64,000 nucleotides of DNA from Felis catus. Lineage: Eukaryota. The stretch spans positions 157,730,001 through 157,794,000 of the forward strand of contig NC_058368.1 in NCBI RefSeq assembly GCF_018350175.1, given 5' to 3'. The notes below the pieces were generated by a model. It did no database searches and was not told the origin of the DNA. It saw only the letters and a list, made by a program, of their open reading frames with translations. The position numbers and the translations under genes are program-made. The stretch's first letter is position 1; every line of letters starts with the position of its first letter. Shown here in pieces: positions 24,321 to 37,845 of the stretch.

Positions 24321-25719
24321 TTGTGTAACTTAGAAGTTAACTTTTTGAAGGTAGAGACACTGTCTTATGTTAATATTTGCTAGAGCAATAGCATGATGTG
24401 CAGTTATAAAAATTGGAGACTATTTAAATTAATTCATCTGATCCATTTCAGAAGTATAGCTGCAATTCCATACCTGGGATAGGTGAAGACGGGCTTACGT
24501 ATACACAGAAAGCAGCATAATGAATTGGAAAAAGCAAGACACTACAGTTGGAAGAAGCAGATTTCAGTGAGAGCTGTGTGATCTTGGTCATGTCACATAA
24601 CCTCTCACGAAGTTTACAAGTGTCTTCACTTGTAAAATGTGAGGCATCAGAACACATGTTTCCTAAGGTCTCAATTTCTATTGCAGAATTTTGGAACTGT
24701 TATATTTGTGTGAGGAGGGATCCTCCTTAGATAAATCTTAATATAACCAAAATTAGCATTCTTTTAAAGATTTATTTTTAAATGCAATTGCTATGAGAGA
24801 CAGTTTCTTTGGTTCTGACTTGGCATCTGGGATCTTTTCTCTGACATCAGCTCTGCTGAAGATCATAGAAGGGGATTATGGAATAAGGCTTGGCTATGAG
24901 GAGGCTGAGTGTGCAAAGCAGGAACAAACTTGTAAGACCAAGCTCTCTCTACAACCCTGCTTCCCATTCTTCCCAGAGCTGGAGGCTGAACTCTAAACCA
25001 CCTCCTCCTACCCACTACCATACTGATGGATCGAAGAAATGTTTGCGTAGGGAGGGTGTTTGCTAGGCTATTTTGGTAGTAGCCCTCGTGTACACCCTCA
25101 CCCCCATGTACTTGGTTGGATTCCCATGGAATGAATCTTGAGAAATTTGCTTTTTCAGCTTCTTTGTCCCCTCCCACCCTTTTGCCTAGTGGCAAGAAGG
25201 ATGTGGCATCAATCTCAATAAAATACAGTGGTGCCTCCCCATTTCTCCACCTGTCCTTGTGGAAGAGAGCTTGGTAAAAATTCATCAAGGGCAGAGTATG
25301 GGGGGTTGGAGTCCCATGGAAGAGTTTTCTCTGCAGAGTTCAGGCTTAATTCTGAATATCACTGACCCAGGGGCCAGTTTCACATCCTGCAAAAAAGCTC
25401 TGGAAGAATGTGTCAGCAGAACTGGCATTGCATGTCTAGACAAAGAATTGATATTAGCATCATCAGCCAGCATCCAATCTGTTAACTCTTGTGTAAGCAT
25501 TTGTTGTCTGTGCCTCAGGCATTTTTTGGCTTAAAATGAAAACTGTTGGTCTAAGATTTAGACTTCAGTCTTTCAGGAGGTTCTTTCAAGGCAGGGAATC
25601 ACAAGGTAATTTATTTCAAGATCAGATATTTTATTGATTAATATGAAAGTCTCTTCAGTTTTTTTTTTTTATTTTTCACTAAAGTGGTATCTGCATCATC
25701 ACCACTTTTATTTTATTAT

Positions 25720-25890
25720 ATATTCATTATTTCAAGAAACATTTATTAAGCACCCGCTGGGAATCTACACAGGGAATTCTCCTAGGCTGCTCTGCTCTGA
25801 TAGATACATTGATGAATAAAACAGCTAAGGTCCCTGCCCTTCTGGAGTTCATAGCTTAATGGGGGAGAATGACCACAAACAAGAGTAACA
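25720..25890 (-). mobile_element. L2 3' fragment
   Basis: attcattatttcaagaaacatttattaagcacc...aaggtccctgcccttctggagttcatagc. Confidence 0.7.
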
Positions 25891-27090
25891 GGATATTTCT
25901 GTCTCAGTTTCGGCTGAGGCACCAAAGAACAAAGCAGTAGGTGTCAGGTTCTTTGGCTTTTTAAATTGAAGTGCTAGCCTACCTCTCCAGGATTTGAAAA
26001 AAGGGTACCTCAGAACTGGTTTTGCCAGCCTGAACCCATCATCCACCTTCAGGGCATTGAAGAGAAGGCTTAGTATGCTGAGAGATTCAAGTGCTGTTTG
26101 AATTTCTTCAAGAAGAGTTGTCACTGTGCTGTGTAGTTGTCCTCACTTCAGGAAGGGGCTGACTTCAAACCTAGTTGGGAGGAGGCTTCTAGGGAACCAG
26201 TCTGAGAGAGCACTGTTTTGTGTTTCCTGGAGTTTTGGGACTTAAGGACTGATATCTGAGGCATTTCAAAGCAGAAGCCATAGTGAGGGTAGGAATGGGA
26301 TATGGTAGGGCAGCAGAGAGAAAAAAAAAATGGCTCTGTTGGGATTGGCCAGTACTTTTAAAGTTGACTGGGTGAGAATTGACTGAGACAAGACCAGACG
26401 GGTCATCTTGAAGGTAACTTGACAAAGAGGACCATAAGGAGGGATGAGGTGACTGGAAAAAGATAGGCCTCTGGAATGGGGCAGCTGAATGGGAATGAGG
26501 GGGAAATTCTTATGGGACCAACCAGAAAGAGTCTTGCCTAGCAAGGCAATTGTAGGTAAGACATCCGTTATGATGGGAGCCTCTGAAAACTTCACAAAGA
26601 GCAGGATTGGGAAGCTTGGGTGTTTGCCAAGTACAGAGGTATCAACTCCAGATTACAGCCAAATCTGACAAGTTAGATGTCTTCCCCTATCCTCCTCCAT
26701 CCCCTGCCCCAACTTGAAAGGGCCCAGGATGGGAAGAGGTAAAGTGAGAAAGCTGACAAAGGCTGGCTTCCTCGACAAGCTGTCAAGCCTGAAGGAGATA
26801 TGAGCTGGCAGAGGGGAGAAATTGTAGATTAGCTTAGGTTTAGAGTCTTGATATTAAAGTCACCCAAGAAAACGGACTATTTGTTTATGACTGGGAAGTG
26901 ACTAGGACAGTTATGGGACTGGTGGGATATTTTCATTATCTTCCCAACAGGGAAGAACATAGGAAGTTGAGCAGATTTGAAGGCTAAATCTCCCAGAAGT
27001 GGGAGAAGATAAATCACTTTGGGTTCATGACATACTGATCCAGGTTCCTTTAACCTGGATATGCTAGTAAATGAGTAAAATATAAAATAT

Positions 27091-27284
27091 GGGGGGCACC
27101 TAGATGGCTCAATCCATTGAGCATCTGACTCTTGATTTCCCTTCAGGTCATGATACCAGAGTTGTGGGATTGAGCCCAGCATTGGGCTCCTCACTGAGCG
27201 TGGAGCCTACTTGGGATTCTCTCTTTCCCTCTGCCCCTCTACCCTGCTTGCATGCTCTCTGTCTCTCTCTCAAACATATATATA

Positions 27285-27325
<41 letters not shown>
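27091..27325 (+). mobile_element. CanSINE with (TA)n-expanded tail
   Basis: ggggggcacctagatggctcaatcc...ctcttgatttcccttcaggtcatgat...; (TA)n at about 27289-27325. Confidence 0.92.
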
Positions 27326-27329
<4 letters not shown>

Positions 27330-29058
27330 CTATGTTCTTAAAGAATAGTGGGGAGGGGTGGTAGTTGTAGAGAGCCTAGTTAGATAGCTCAACAAGGATG
27401 ACCTTTCAGGAAATGGTAATGAATCAGAAAGAGTCAGTTGTGCTGTGTTTCATGGGAGTTTGGGGAGGGAGGTGCCTGCAGAGTCCAGGGGAGAGGGAAC
27501 AGCATGTGTAAAGTTTGTGTGGAATCCTATGATCAGTGTCCAGGAAACATTTGGGTGGATTCAACCAAAGGTATTTTCATTCTTTGTGCAGGGCACTGAG
27601 TTTAATGCCACATCTACAAACAGGATAAATACCTCCTTCACTGAGGTTTAAGACTTAATTGATCATTGTTGGGGAAAAAAAAACTCTTTGATAAAAGGTA
27701 AGATCTAAAATCTGTAAAGAGTGAGGAAGCTCCTGTCCTCTGCCCTCAAGCTCTTGATGGTCCCAGATAACATTCTCCTTTTCTGAGAATTTCCATGACA
27801 AGCAGTCTCTTTTAGTGTGCTGGTGACCTTTTATGGAGTGTAGGGACAGCTGGGGAAAGAAACACAGAGCTCCCCTGACAGTCCCTGGAGGGAGGGAAAG
27901 CCTTTTAACTTGTTCTAGGGCTTTGTTTATGTGTAAGGCTGAGAAAAGGCTACTTGTAAGTATGCCATCCAAAATAATAGAGGTAAGATGTCAACAATTC
28001 TGTCACTAGGGGCAGATATACCTTCTCAATTTAACACAATGATTGTAAATGTGGTTTGCCTTTGCTGGCAAAAGTTTGTTCACTCAGGAAATAAAAAGAG
28101 CAGAAAGATGAACAGGCAGCCTAGAGAAGGCCTGGGGAGAGTCTCTGCAGGAATGTGGACTGAACCATTTAAAGCTGAGATCCCAAGCAGACGGTGACCT
28201 CAGCGAGTGCCTGTGCTGATGGCACTTTCCCAGCCTTGCTGGCGTTCCAGCTGGCACTCGGTCTCCACCAGGGGATGGAGCATTTTGGGGCAGGGAGTAA
28301 GGCACCCAGGCTTGTGGGGACTCCCAGGAAGTGAGGTCTAACCGACAGCCCCTGCTTTCAAGGAACTATCTGATTGGGAGACAGAATCTACATAGCCGAC
28401 ACATCTAGTAGTCATATGTACAGAGTCAACCCAAGGAGGTAAAGAGAGAGGTAAAATATGCTCCCTGTGAAGACCAGGAAAGGACAGTACAATGTAAATT
28501 GCCAGAGTTTTCCATGTCTCTAGTTTTTATATCTATTCACCATCCAAGCAACGTGCACTCAGCAGAGAAACTGACAAATGCAGACAATGTAAGAAATCAG
28601 CTATTTTTGTTATTAAAGAATGTTTTGTAAATAGAGAAGTGACTTCTGAATTTCAGAGGAATTTGTGCAGTCTTTCCCCCTTTCCCATTGGTGGGGAGAA
28701 ATAATTTGCCTCATTAGAATCTGTGCCCCTTAGACAGGAGCCAGTCCCCAAACAGGCTGCCAGGTACACAGAAGGTCCTCAATGAATGTATTTAAAACTC
28801 AAAGTTTGGTGATTTAGGGATCTAAGATTTTCTTTTCTTTTTTTTTTTTTTTTAGAAATTTGAGTTAGAGTGCTTTGTAACTAGTCTCTCTTGCCAGTAT
28901 TCTATATGAATATTAGACCTCAAGATATTCTTTTTTTGATATTCCTTATTTTACCAATACAATGTATTTCAAAAATCAGTTTTCAGGTTGATATTGTGGT
29001 CTTTAGGCACATTTTTTCCTTGATGACACATTATAGTAGCAAGAACATGAACATTTGT

Positions 29059-29291
29059 GGGGCGCCTGGGTGGCGCAGTCGGTTGGGCGTCCGACTTCAG
29101 CCAGGTCACGATCTCGTGGTCCGTGAGTTCGAGCCCCGCGTCAGGCTCTGAGCTGATGGCTCAGAGCCTGGAGCCTGTTTCTGATTCTGTGTCTCCCTCT
29201 CTCTCTGCCCCTCCCCCGTTCATGCTCTGTCTCTCTCTGTCCCAAAAATAAAGAAACGTTGAAAAAAAAAATTTAAAAAAAAAAAAAAAAA
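29059..29291 (+). mobile_element. Very young SINEC_Fc-type CanSINE
   Basis: ggggcgcctgggtggcgcagtcgg...ttcagccaggtcacg...gctgatggctcag; TSD aagaacatgaacatttg. Confidence 0.97.
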
Positions 29292-29657
29292 GAACATGAA
29301 CATTTGAGTCAGGTAAACATGAATTTGAATACCAGCCTTATAACCCTTATATCTGGAGTTTGAGGTGAGGCCCTAGATTCCCATTTTTGAGGCTTCACTC
29401 TGACCCTCTGACAGACACAGCCCTCCTCATAGAGAGAGAATTCCGAGTGGCCAAGAACACATGCCGACCTGAAACCACTGTCCCTGTGCTCTCAGAATTC
29501 TGGATTCCTTGCCCAGGCTACTGGGAACACACTGGGGCCAGAGATAAGCTGGCAGGATGGTCCAAACTTTCACAGAATGCGGCCTGAAGGGGATGGATGT
29601 AGGGTGGGAAGAAAGACAGGGTAGAGCACTGGGCTGGGGAACTATCATTTGTACTCT

Positions 29658-29884
29658 TTTTTTTTTTTAATTTTTTTTTTTTAACATTTATTTATTTTTG
29701 AGACAGGGAGAGACAGAGCATGAATGGGGGAGGGTCAGAGAGAGGGAGACACAGAATCTGAAATGGGCTCCAGGCTCTGAGCTGTCAGCACAGAGCCTGA
29801 CGCGGGGCTCGAACTCACGGACCGTGAGATCATGACCTGAGCCAGAGTCAGATGCTTAACCGACTGAGCCACCCAGGCGCCCCC
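29658..29884 (-). mobile_element. Young felid CanSINE
   Basis: SINE body; TSD tatcatttgtactctt. Confidence 0.97.
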
Positions 29885-30211
29885 TATCATTTGTACTCTT
29901 ATATTGGGTCCTGAAAACATCACGGGAGGGTCCTTTATATCTGACTCTCAGTCACATTGCTTGCAAACAACTTGACCTTTCTGAACCTCATTTACCTCCT
30001 TCAAAAATATGTGTAAGAATTTCTTCTTACAGATTTTAAGGGTCCAATTAGATTATTATATAAACATAATTGTATGAAACATAGTAAACAAAAAATTCCT
30101 ATCACTGTTATCAATCTTGGCTAGAGTTTCAGGCTAAACTGAAAATGTCTACTAAAGCTGCCATACAACTGAAATGCATTACTAATTACATTATTAGCAC
30201 TAACAGTATTT

Positions 30212-31147
30212 CAGGTATATGGTCTCTTATCTGAAACCTTTGGGCCAGATGTTTCCCGAATTAATACCTTTTTTTTGGATTGTAGAAATACGTATATAAA
30301 CCATATATTGCATTACACTGGGAATATTTGAGGCAGGGCCATGTTATTAAATACATTGGCATTTTCATAGCAAAACCTGTTGATCACTATGTGATAAGTA
30401 AAAAGCATACATAGCCTCATGTTAATCCAGGTCAGTTTATTTTTTTAATACATTTTTATATTTTGAAACAGTTTTAGATTTACAGAAAGATTGCAAAGAT
30501 AGTACACAGTTCCCCTATGTTTTAAATATTGTTATCATCTTACTTTACTATGGCATATTTGCCATAATTAATGAGCCAAGACTGATACATTATTATTAAC
30601 TAAAGTTCGTACTTGATTCATGTTTTCTTAATTTTTACCTAATATCCTTTTTCTGTTCCTCGAGTCCATCTAGGCCACTCCATTACATTTTGTTGTTATG
30701 TCGGATATTTTATAGACTATGCTTCAGTTGGGATTTGTCTGATGGTTTAAGATTAGACTGGGGTTATGGGTTTGACCACAGAGGGAGAGTGCCATTCTCA
30801 TCACATGGGAAGGGTACATACTATTAGCATGACTTATCACTGTTAATGTTGACCTTGATTACCTGGCTGTGGTATTTTTTGTCATATTTTCGCACTATAA
30901 AGCTACACATTTTTCTTCCCTTTTCATTCTGTGTTTTTTGAAGGGAAGTCACTATGCATGACCTATACTTAAGGAGTGGGGGATTATGTTCCCTGTCTTA
31001 GAGGGTGGAGCATCTGAATTATTTAGTATTCTTCTGCATGGGACTTTGATCTCTTCTTCTCCGTAGTTCAGATTTTGCTGCCGATGGGTTAAGGAATTTT
31101 TAAATTTTATTTTCATTTTTTAGTATTGTGGATAGGGATTATGGACA
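30212..31147. mobile_element. MER46C-like TcMar-Tigger relic interrupted by an L1
   Basis: Left end caggtatatggtctcttatctgaaacctttgggccaga; right end ttgtggatagggattatggac (degenerate terminal inverted repeats). Confidence 0.65.
30438..31062 (-). mobile_element. L1MC/L1MD-like 3' end
   Basis: Same family as 14733 (ttttgaaacagttttagatttacagaaagattgcaaagatagtac...ctgatacattattattaactaaag). Confidence 0.8.
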
Positions 31148-31248
31148 AGAACCAACATTCTATCTAAATTTAAAAAGTCTTACAACATGTGTGTACCCAC
31201 TCTTGGTTACAGAAGAGATGAGTGATGTTTCCTTATAAAAGAATGATA

Positions 31249-31463
31249 GGGGGAGCCTAGGTGGCTCAGTTGGTTAAGCATCCAACTTCGGCTTACATCA
31301 TGATCTTGGGGTTCCTGAGTTCAAGCCCTACTTCAGTCTCTGTGCTGACAGCTTAGAGCCCGGAGCCTGCTTCACATTCTGTATCTCCCTCTCTCTCTGT
31401 CCTTCCCCCACTCGTGCACGCTCTCTCTCTCTCAAAAAAATGAATAAACATTAAAAAAAAAAA
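31249..31463 (+). mobile_element. Feliform CanSINE
   Basis: SINE body; TSD aaaagaatgatagg. Confidence 0.95.
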
Positions 31464-33409
31464 AGAATGATAGGAACTAGTAGGAAGGGATAATGGTTGC
31501 CTGTTTCCCAGGGCAATGGATGGTCCCTGCCCATCACACATGAGAGGCTGTACAGTTTTAAATAAGTAGTATGTTTGGTTGGTTCCATACCTTCATAACA
31601 AATTCAGCTTGAAGGGAAATAATGGGAAATATGGTCATGGCCAAGTTAAGAATATAAATTTTAAAAAAGAAGACAAATTTTCCCTTTCATGTTTTGTCAG
31701 ACCTTTTTTCACATAAATTTTCATAAAAACTCGTGGGATTATTAGGGACTGGGAGAGGTGTGTATAGAAGGAAATCTCGGTGGCTCTTGCCTTGGGCATG
31801 CTGTGTCACTTCCCACAGTCAATGAGGGGCCCGGTCCACTCTCCTACATTCCTGCCTGCCTCTTAGATGCCCCATACCTGCCCCCAGGCAGCTTTCTGTG
31901 ACACATAGTCAGGTTAAATCCTCTTTCTCCTCAACTCTTCTCTCCCACCTTCCCCTCAACCTGGGTAAGACCCTCTTAGGACTTTTCTTGTTCAAACCTA
32001 AGTCCACTGTGGCCTCTGTATGGCTTCAGAAACTTCTACCAGCAGTAACATTCAAAGTATCTGACACTCTATGACCTAGAGCTGCAACTGGGCCTTGTGC
32101 CAGGCACAATCCCTCTGGGTGCAGAGAGTCCAGTGTGAGAGAAATCACTGAAGGATGTGTGAGGGGGTATGGAACCACAGCTATTTATCAACTTGAAGGG
32201 GAGTTTTTGATCTTTTAACACACAGGGAAAGTAAATATTATTAAATATATTTTGTATCATGTTGGTCATTGGAGCTTTCCAGAATTAAGCCCTAGCCTCC
32301 AGTTACTGATTACTGACATATTGCTTACACATTCTCAGGGTTGTCTTTCCAACTTGTGGAATCACTCACTGAAGCTCCAAGAAGGCATCCATTTAATTAG
32401 GGCAACCGTGTGACCAAATATTAACACATTGCTGTTTGAACTTACCCCTGAAGCCTAATAGCCTATGTCATTATGGTCTTAGGAATAACTTATGAGATGA
32501 TATGACGCCTGGGCAGCACCAGAATTGTTAAAAATGGACTGACAGAAATGTATCTGCAGTGACTCTTTTCCTACTTCAGCCTTCAAAGGAACACAGGTCA
32601 GGAAATTTATTTTCTATTGATTTCACTTGATCTCTCTCCAGCCTGTGATTTCATTGCCTATAATCACATTCATTTCTTTAGTATAGTGTCTCTTCCACCT
32701 AATTTAGAGAAATGTGTGGATGTCTTGAAAATGGTACAAACTTCTGAAGAAAAAAAAATAGTTATATGTAATTTGGATGATGAATAAACTTCAAATAACT
32801 CTCTGAATTTGAGCTCCAATTAGGGAGAAATAATTAAGCATGTTGGCATTGAAGAAATAAAATATTTTAAACCACTCTCTGATCTTGGTTGTGTCTCTTT
32901 TTCAAAGTCCAAAAATTAAACATAATGATGGACTTGATAAAGAAGTTTATTATTCACCATCTCGTTATGCTACTTGATGAATTGACTGGAATTTCTCAGA
33001 CACCTTCTTTTCAAAGGCCCCCCTGGGGGGCACAATCCCCTCAAACCTAGTTTCTGTGATATTTTTAAACTGCATGTCACTGGGTTTAGTTGCCAAAGCA
33101 AAGGCCTTAAACTTGTTAAGATTCCTCTACCCATAAAAATTATTTGAATACTGTAAGTCTTACAATATATTTTATACTTTTACTAGTAAAATAATATGTG
33201 TGTTGTAAAACTGTTTATGCAGTTCATTTGGAAATTTTTTGTGTACTGCCTTGTGAAAAATCTTCTACTGTATCTTGAATTGTTTTTTGCTGATTTCATT
33301 AGATTATGTTCACACCCCCTCCTTTGAATGGTTTGAAAAAACTATTAAGTTCCAAAATTAAGACACATTATTTTCAATTTATAACAGAACATTTTGTTTA
33401 ACTGTTTCT

Positions 33410-33560
33410 TGGACCAGAAAGACCTGGAATCTTGTCTGGTTTTGCCCTATCTGTGTGATCAGCAGCAAGCCACTTAACTTCCATGGGTCGTGATTATCTC
33501 ATCTGTAAAGGAAGGGCTTGGACTAGATAATTTCTAAGATTGCTCCAGCTTTATAATTTG
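33410..33560 (+). mobile_element. MIR3 fragment
   Basis: gcaagccacttaacttccatggg...ctcatctgtaaaggaagggcttggactagataatttctaagattgctccagct. Confidence 0.75.
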
Positions 33561-36500
33561 GATGATAGGATTTGATCTGGCAAATCTCCCAGAAGGATAT
33601 TCTCTGAGTTTGAGAAGGCTGTCCTAATTTGACCATGGATGTTTTGAATTTGGAAAAACCTCTTTGAAAACTCCCAAAAGACATACTCCCAAAAGCATAC
33701 TCACTGGCTCTAGAGGCCTGATGTCCTAACCGTCCTTCTGTTACACCACTCAGACAACAGGTCAGGGTGCCACGGATGCCACACTCACAGCATCATGGCA
33801 GCAGGGAGCTGGCTACACACGAGAAGCATGAAACTGCCAGCAAAAGCATTGTTCATCAAGAGAACTTCAGCTGAGAGCTGAGTTCAAAAATTTTCAGCCC
33901 AATACACCAGCAGTTGGCTTTCTCACTTTTCTTGGTTGTGTTATGTTAGCATTTTTTACTTTCTGAGGCTTTGTGTGCAAGCCATGGTGTTTACAGAAAT
34001 AGACGCATAAAAAATACAAATCAAAATGTCATATCCTGTAAACATAATATAAGCTGATTATTTTAAATGTTTTCTTTACTCAAGCAGGTGGATTTAGGGC
34101 ATGACAGCAATAATAACCATTCATCTAAAGAACAGATTTTGATCAAGGAAGTCTCCAGTTGGTTCCATATATAATCTTTACTCTTAGTTTTCCCAGGGCA
34201 AAAATTGCACAAAAGAAACAAACTGCAGCTCTTGAAATATAATACCAGTGGAAAAACAAACAAACAAGCAAAAACCAAATAAAATCTTGAGACAAAAACT
34301 GGCCTAACCATGACAACTAGAACTTAAATAAGATCTTGCCACACCTTTGCAGCCACCCATATCCAGTCTGTATCCTGGAAAGACTTATGACTAACCAAAG
34401 AGACGGGAGACCATGAAAAGAGTCAGTCATGGATTGGTAAGCACAGATTGATCCAGGGAAGACTTACAGTGAATTTTATTTCAATGCCTTTTATTGTTTT
34501 TTTTATCATACAATCTGTGTCTGTCAGCAACAGCCTTTGACTGCTTCTTTTGCCGATCTGAAATGCTAGGAGGATCCTTGTTTAACCTGTTTTTAATAAC
34601 TGCATCTCTATGCCACCCTCACCATCATTTCATTTGCTCTCAGGACCAGAGGTCTTTACTCACATTATGTTTAAGGATCTATTATAATATGATTAAGGGG
34701 GATGGGCGGTAATTATACAGGAAATGAAAAATCAAGAATCTTATGTTTCTGTCCTGGGTAAGGACTGTAAATTACAGTTCTGCCACAGCGGCCTTCTCTC
34801 CCATAGGGTTACTGTTATGAGAACACTGTTGACAGCACATTTGACGATTTATGGTTTATATTTATCATATGAATGTGCAGTAAGCACTGACATCTGATAT
34901 GTAAGCAGAAGTAGATGCTGCAGTTAATCACAAGAGATTTCCTATGAAAGATTGATAAATGTGTATTTCATGAAAATGATTGTCAGCACTACTTTAAGTA
35001 GATAATGCTGCCCTTAGTGAGGAGAATGTAGAATAAATGGCAGTTGTTTTTATTTCATGCCACAGTCTGTGTGTTGAAAGTTAGGTTAGTTACCCTGATT
35101 TTATGATTAATGCTTAGATTTAGTAGCACTCATAATTTTGCATTTTGTGACCTTCAGTTGTTCAAGCCAGCTGTTTTGCTTGCCAGGTGTGCTCAAACTG
35201 GCAAAAGTCTAGGACCCAGCTAAAGTGTGATGTGGACTTACCTTTAGACTTAAAAAGAAAAAAATTAAATCATGAGATTCCACTGTGGTGAATATACTGT
35301 AATTTTTTTAAAATGCTAATGAAATCCCCACAACATGTTCAGAGCTAAACAGCAGAGAGGATGTGGACCATGCTTATTCTTTACAGTCTAGGTACTTGGG
35401 AGACCCTTTGCGTTAGCACCTTCTACTGTGTGCCTTCCTCTCTCCCTACCTGGGGAGGCTGGTGTAGGTAGGGCTAACCTTACCTGTGGTGACAGTAGGT
35501 AGCCTCCTTTCTAATGCTACTTTCCTTCTATTAATTTGTCCTTATTAAACTCTTATCTACCAATTGCTTGGTAGGTAGACAGATAGATCGAAAGATAGAT
35601 GTATGTATAATTTACTCAAGTGATAAAATGTATTGAGTACATTTGTGTACAAGCTATGTAGAATACAGAAAAAGTAAATATATCAGTCCTTTGCTCACAG
35701 AGATGTGTGGGAGATGAGACATAGTCATATATAAATATAATATAAGGTATAGAGTGTCAACTGCCATAAAAAGGAAAGAGCTGAAGTACTCTTTCCTATG
35801 GATTAAAATGAAGCTATATTCAGGGTACAACCTCATTTTGGCTCCAGTCTGGACAACTGATCTGGCTAGCCCATCATCTAGCAGAGTCTAAAACAGTAGA
35901 ACCCATGAGGAGGAAGATTTGCTGGAGGAAGCATTACAAGATAAGATCAGGAAGATGGTTGACTCACCGATTTCTGTTTTGTTCTGCGCAATGGGGGCAC
36001 AGAAGAGAACAGACAGACATGGTCTCCCACAGTCTGGAAGTAGTTTTAATGAAGAACATGATCAACCGGAAAGCAGAAGGAGGATGTGTAGAGGAAATGG
36101 ACAAAACAAACAAAGAAGCAAACAAATGGTACCTGGTTGCAGTCCTGTCTTGGGTTGGCCAAGAATGTGAATAAATGTTATATGCCTGGATCAAATATTT
36201 TCCACTTTTCTCTCTCTTTTTGCACTGAGTCTGTGGGTTAGGAAGAAGTACCAGGTGTTGTAGTGGGACATAGATCCTGGAATGGTCCAGGACTGACATG
36301 AGGAAGGCTAAGGGAGCCTTGGTGAGACATGAAAATTGGGAATTCGGAGAAGGGATGTACACATGGTTTGGTACTGAAGTTACTGCCATTTAATGGTTAT
36401 ATTTATAAATATTTTGATTTTGAGAAGATTAGAAGTGGCTGAGGAGAAATGAAAGGCTCTGAGAGTGGTCAGGCAAGTGGGTGATAGGAGAGGAGAAAGT

Positions 36501-36925
36501 GTGAGTGGAAATCTGACAACTCAGCAGATTCCTCAGTCTTTTTTCCCACTAGGTAAAGAAACATTGTCTTTGGGTTGGTGGTAAGGGAAGACAGAAGAAA
36601 TGGAGGAAAAAAGGTAGAGCAGAAACCTGAGCCACAGCTGGATTGAGGGCTCATTCACTGGTGAGAATGTGTGTGTGTGTGACAGGGGTGGGGGGTGGGG
36701 TGCGAGGGTAGAGATGGACTAAGTCTATATGGAAATATACTAAGAATGTTAAAGAGTCATATAATGTAAGGATCAATTGTATGTATTGTTTCCATTTATG
36801 TTTCATGTCTTCCCTCCAGTCCTGCTTCCCTTCCTTCCTTCCATCCCCTTTCTTTTTCTTTTTTTAAGTACTGATTAGAGTATATAAGTTTTTCTTTTTC
36901 CCTTGCTAAGTAAATGCCCATCTAC

Positions 36926-37845
36926 CCCGTGGTGTGCTGCCAAGGAAATAAATTCATGTGTATGTACATACATTTATTATAAAGTCTTCTGGTATATATA
37001 AAAGATTTGTTACAAATAACAAAGTATAAATATTCTTTATTGTAAATTTCATATTAGTTGATTCTTATGGACTGCTTTTATTGATTTTTAGTATTCTAGT
37101 ATTCTTAGTATTCTTAGCCAACCTATGGTTGCAACTGATGAAAGAACATAGTCTTGACATGAACATCACTTGTATTTTCATGTGAGTTAACAGATAAAAC
37201 AAGGATGACTCAGCGAAGACCTGCGTCAGAATTTCAGTTCATCTACGGCATGAATGGATGCTGAAGTAGCTAATAATTTTTGAATACTGTAAGAACATTT
37301 CCTGAAGCTTTTTGGGTTTTTTTGTTTGTTTTTAGTTACTCATAAAGATGACACCTTTTTGATTTAATCTACATTCTTCACATTTTCTCACTTTCATTAT
37401 TCATTAACATTCTCATCACTTTCTTAAATCTAGGAAATTAACAAAACAACCAATCAAGCCCTGACTGGTAGCTTTTGTCAATTTCCATGGTATAAATACT
37501 TAAGCATGGTGTCAATGACATAAGCAATTGGAGAGAAAAGTGCAGGAGTACCCCATTACACAGTATTTTCTCCATTCAGATACAGTAGATGTAAATAACC
37601 CCAAGAGCAGGGATAACAATAAATGTAGTAAAATAATTAAGAAAATGATGATTTTTGAATTTTTTAAGATTTATTGTAATATATGTTTGAGAATTCATTA
37701 TGTTTATTTTTAATGAATTTAGTTGTAAATTTCTATGATTTAGTTTTTAATAATGGCAGTGTTTCACAAATTATTTGAGAAATTCTTGAAAATTCAACAA
37801 TCAGCTCTCTTGGGCCAGAATGAGTCTCCTTTTGCACAGCAGTGG
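36926..37845. mobile_element. MER63-like hAT-Blackjack element
   Basis: Degenerate terminal inverted repeats ccgtggtgtgctg ... gcacagcagtg; internal cagatacagtagatgtaaataacc and taataatggcagtgtttcacaa...gaaaattcaacaatcagctctc typical of MER63. Confidence 0.7.

Larger units (their letters stand above)
29030..30060 (+). mobile_element. MIR split by nested insertions
   Basis: 5' part attatagtagcaagaacatgaacatttgagtcaggtaaacatgaatttgaatacc; core resumes near 29960 with cttgacctttctgaacctcatttacctc. Confidence 0.5.

Noticed and set aside
24793..25534. Cluster of overlapping ORFs on both strands
   Set aside because: No recognisable protein; a locally higher GC content (possibly an old LTR) explains the lack of stops.
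35969..36034. Minus-strand 66-nt exon-like segment with a gtgagt donor
   Set aside because: Overlaps L2-like sequence (aacagacagacatggtctccc); peptide unrecognised; no supporting neighbouring exons.
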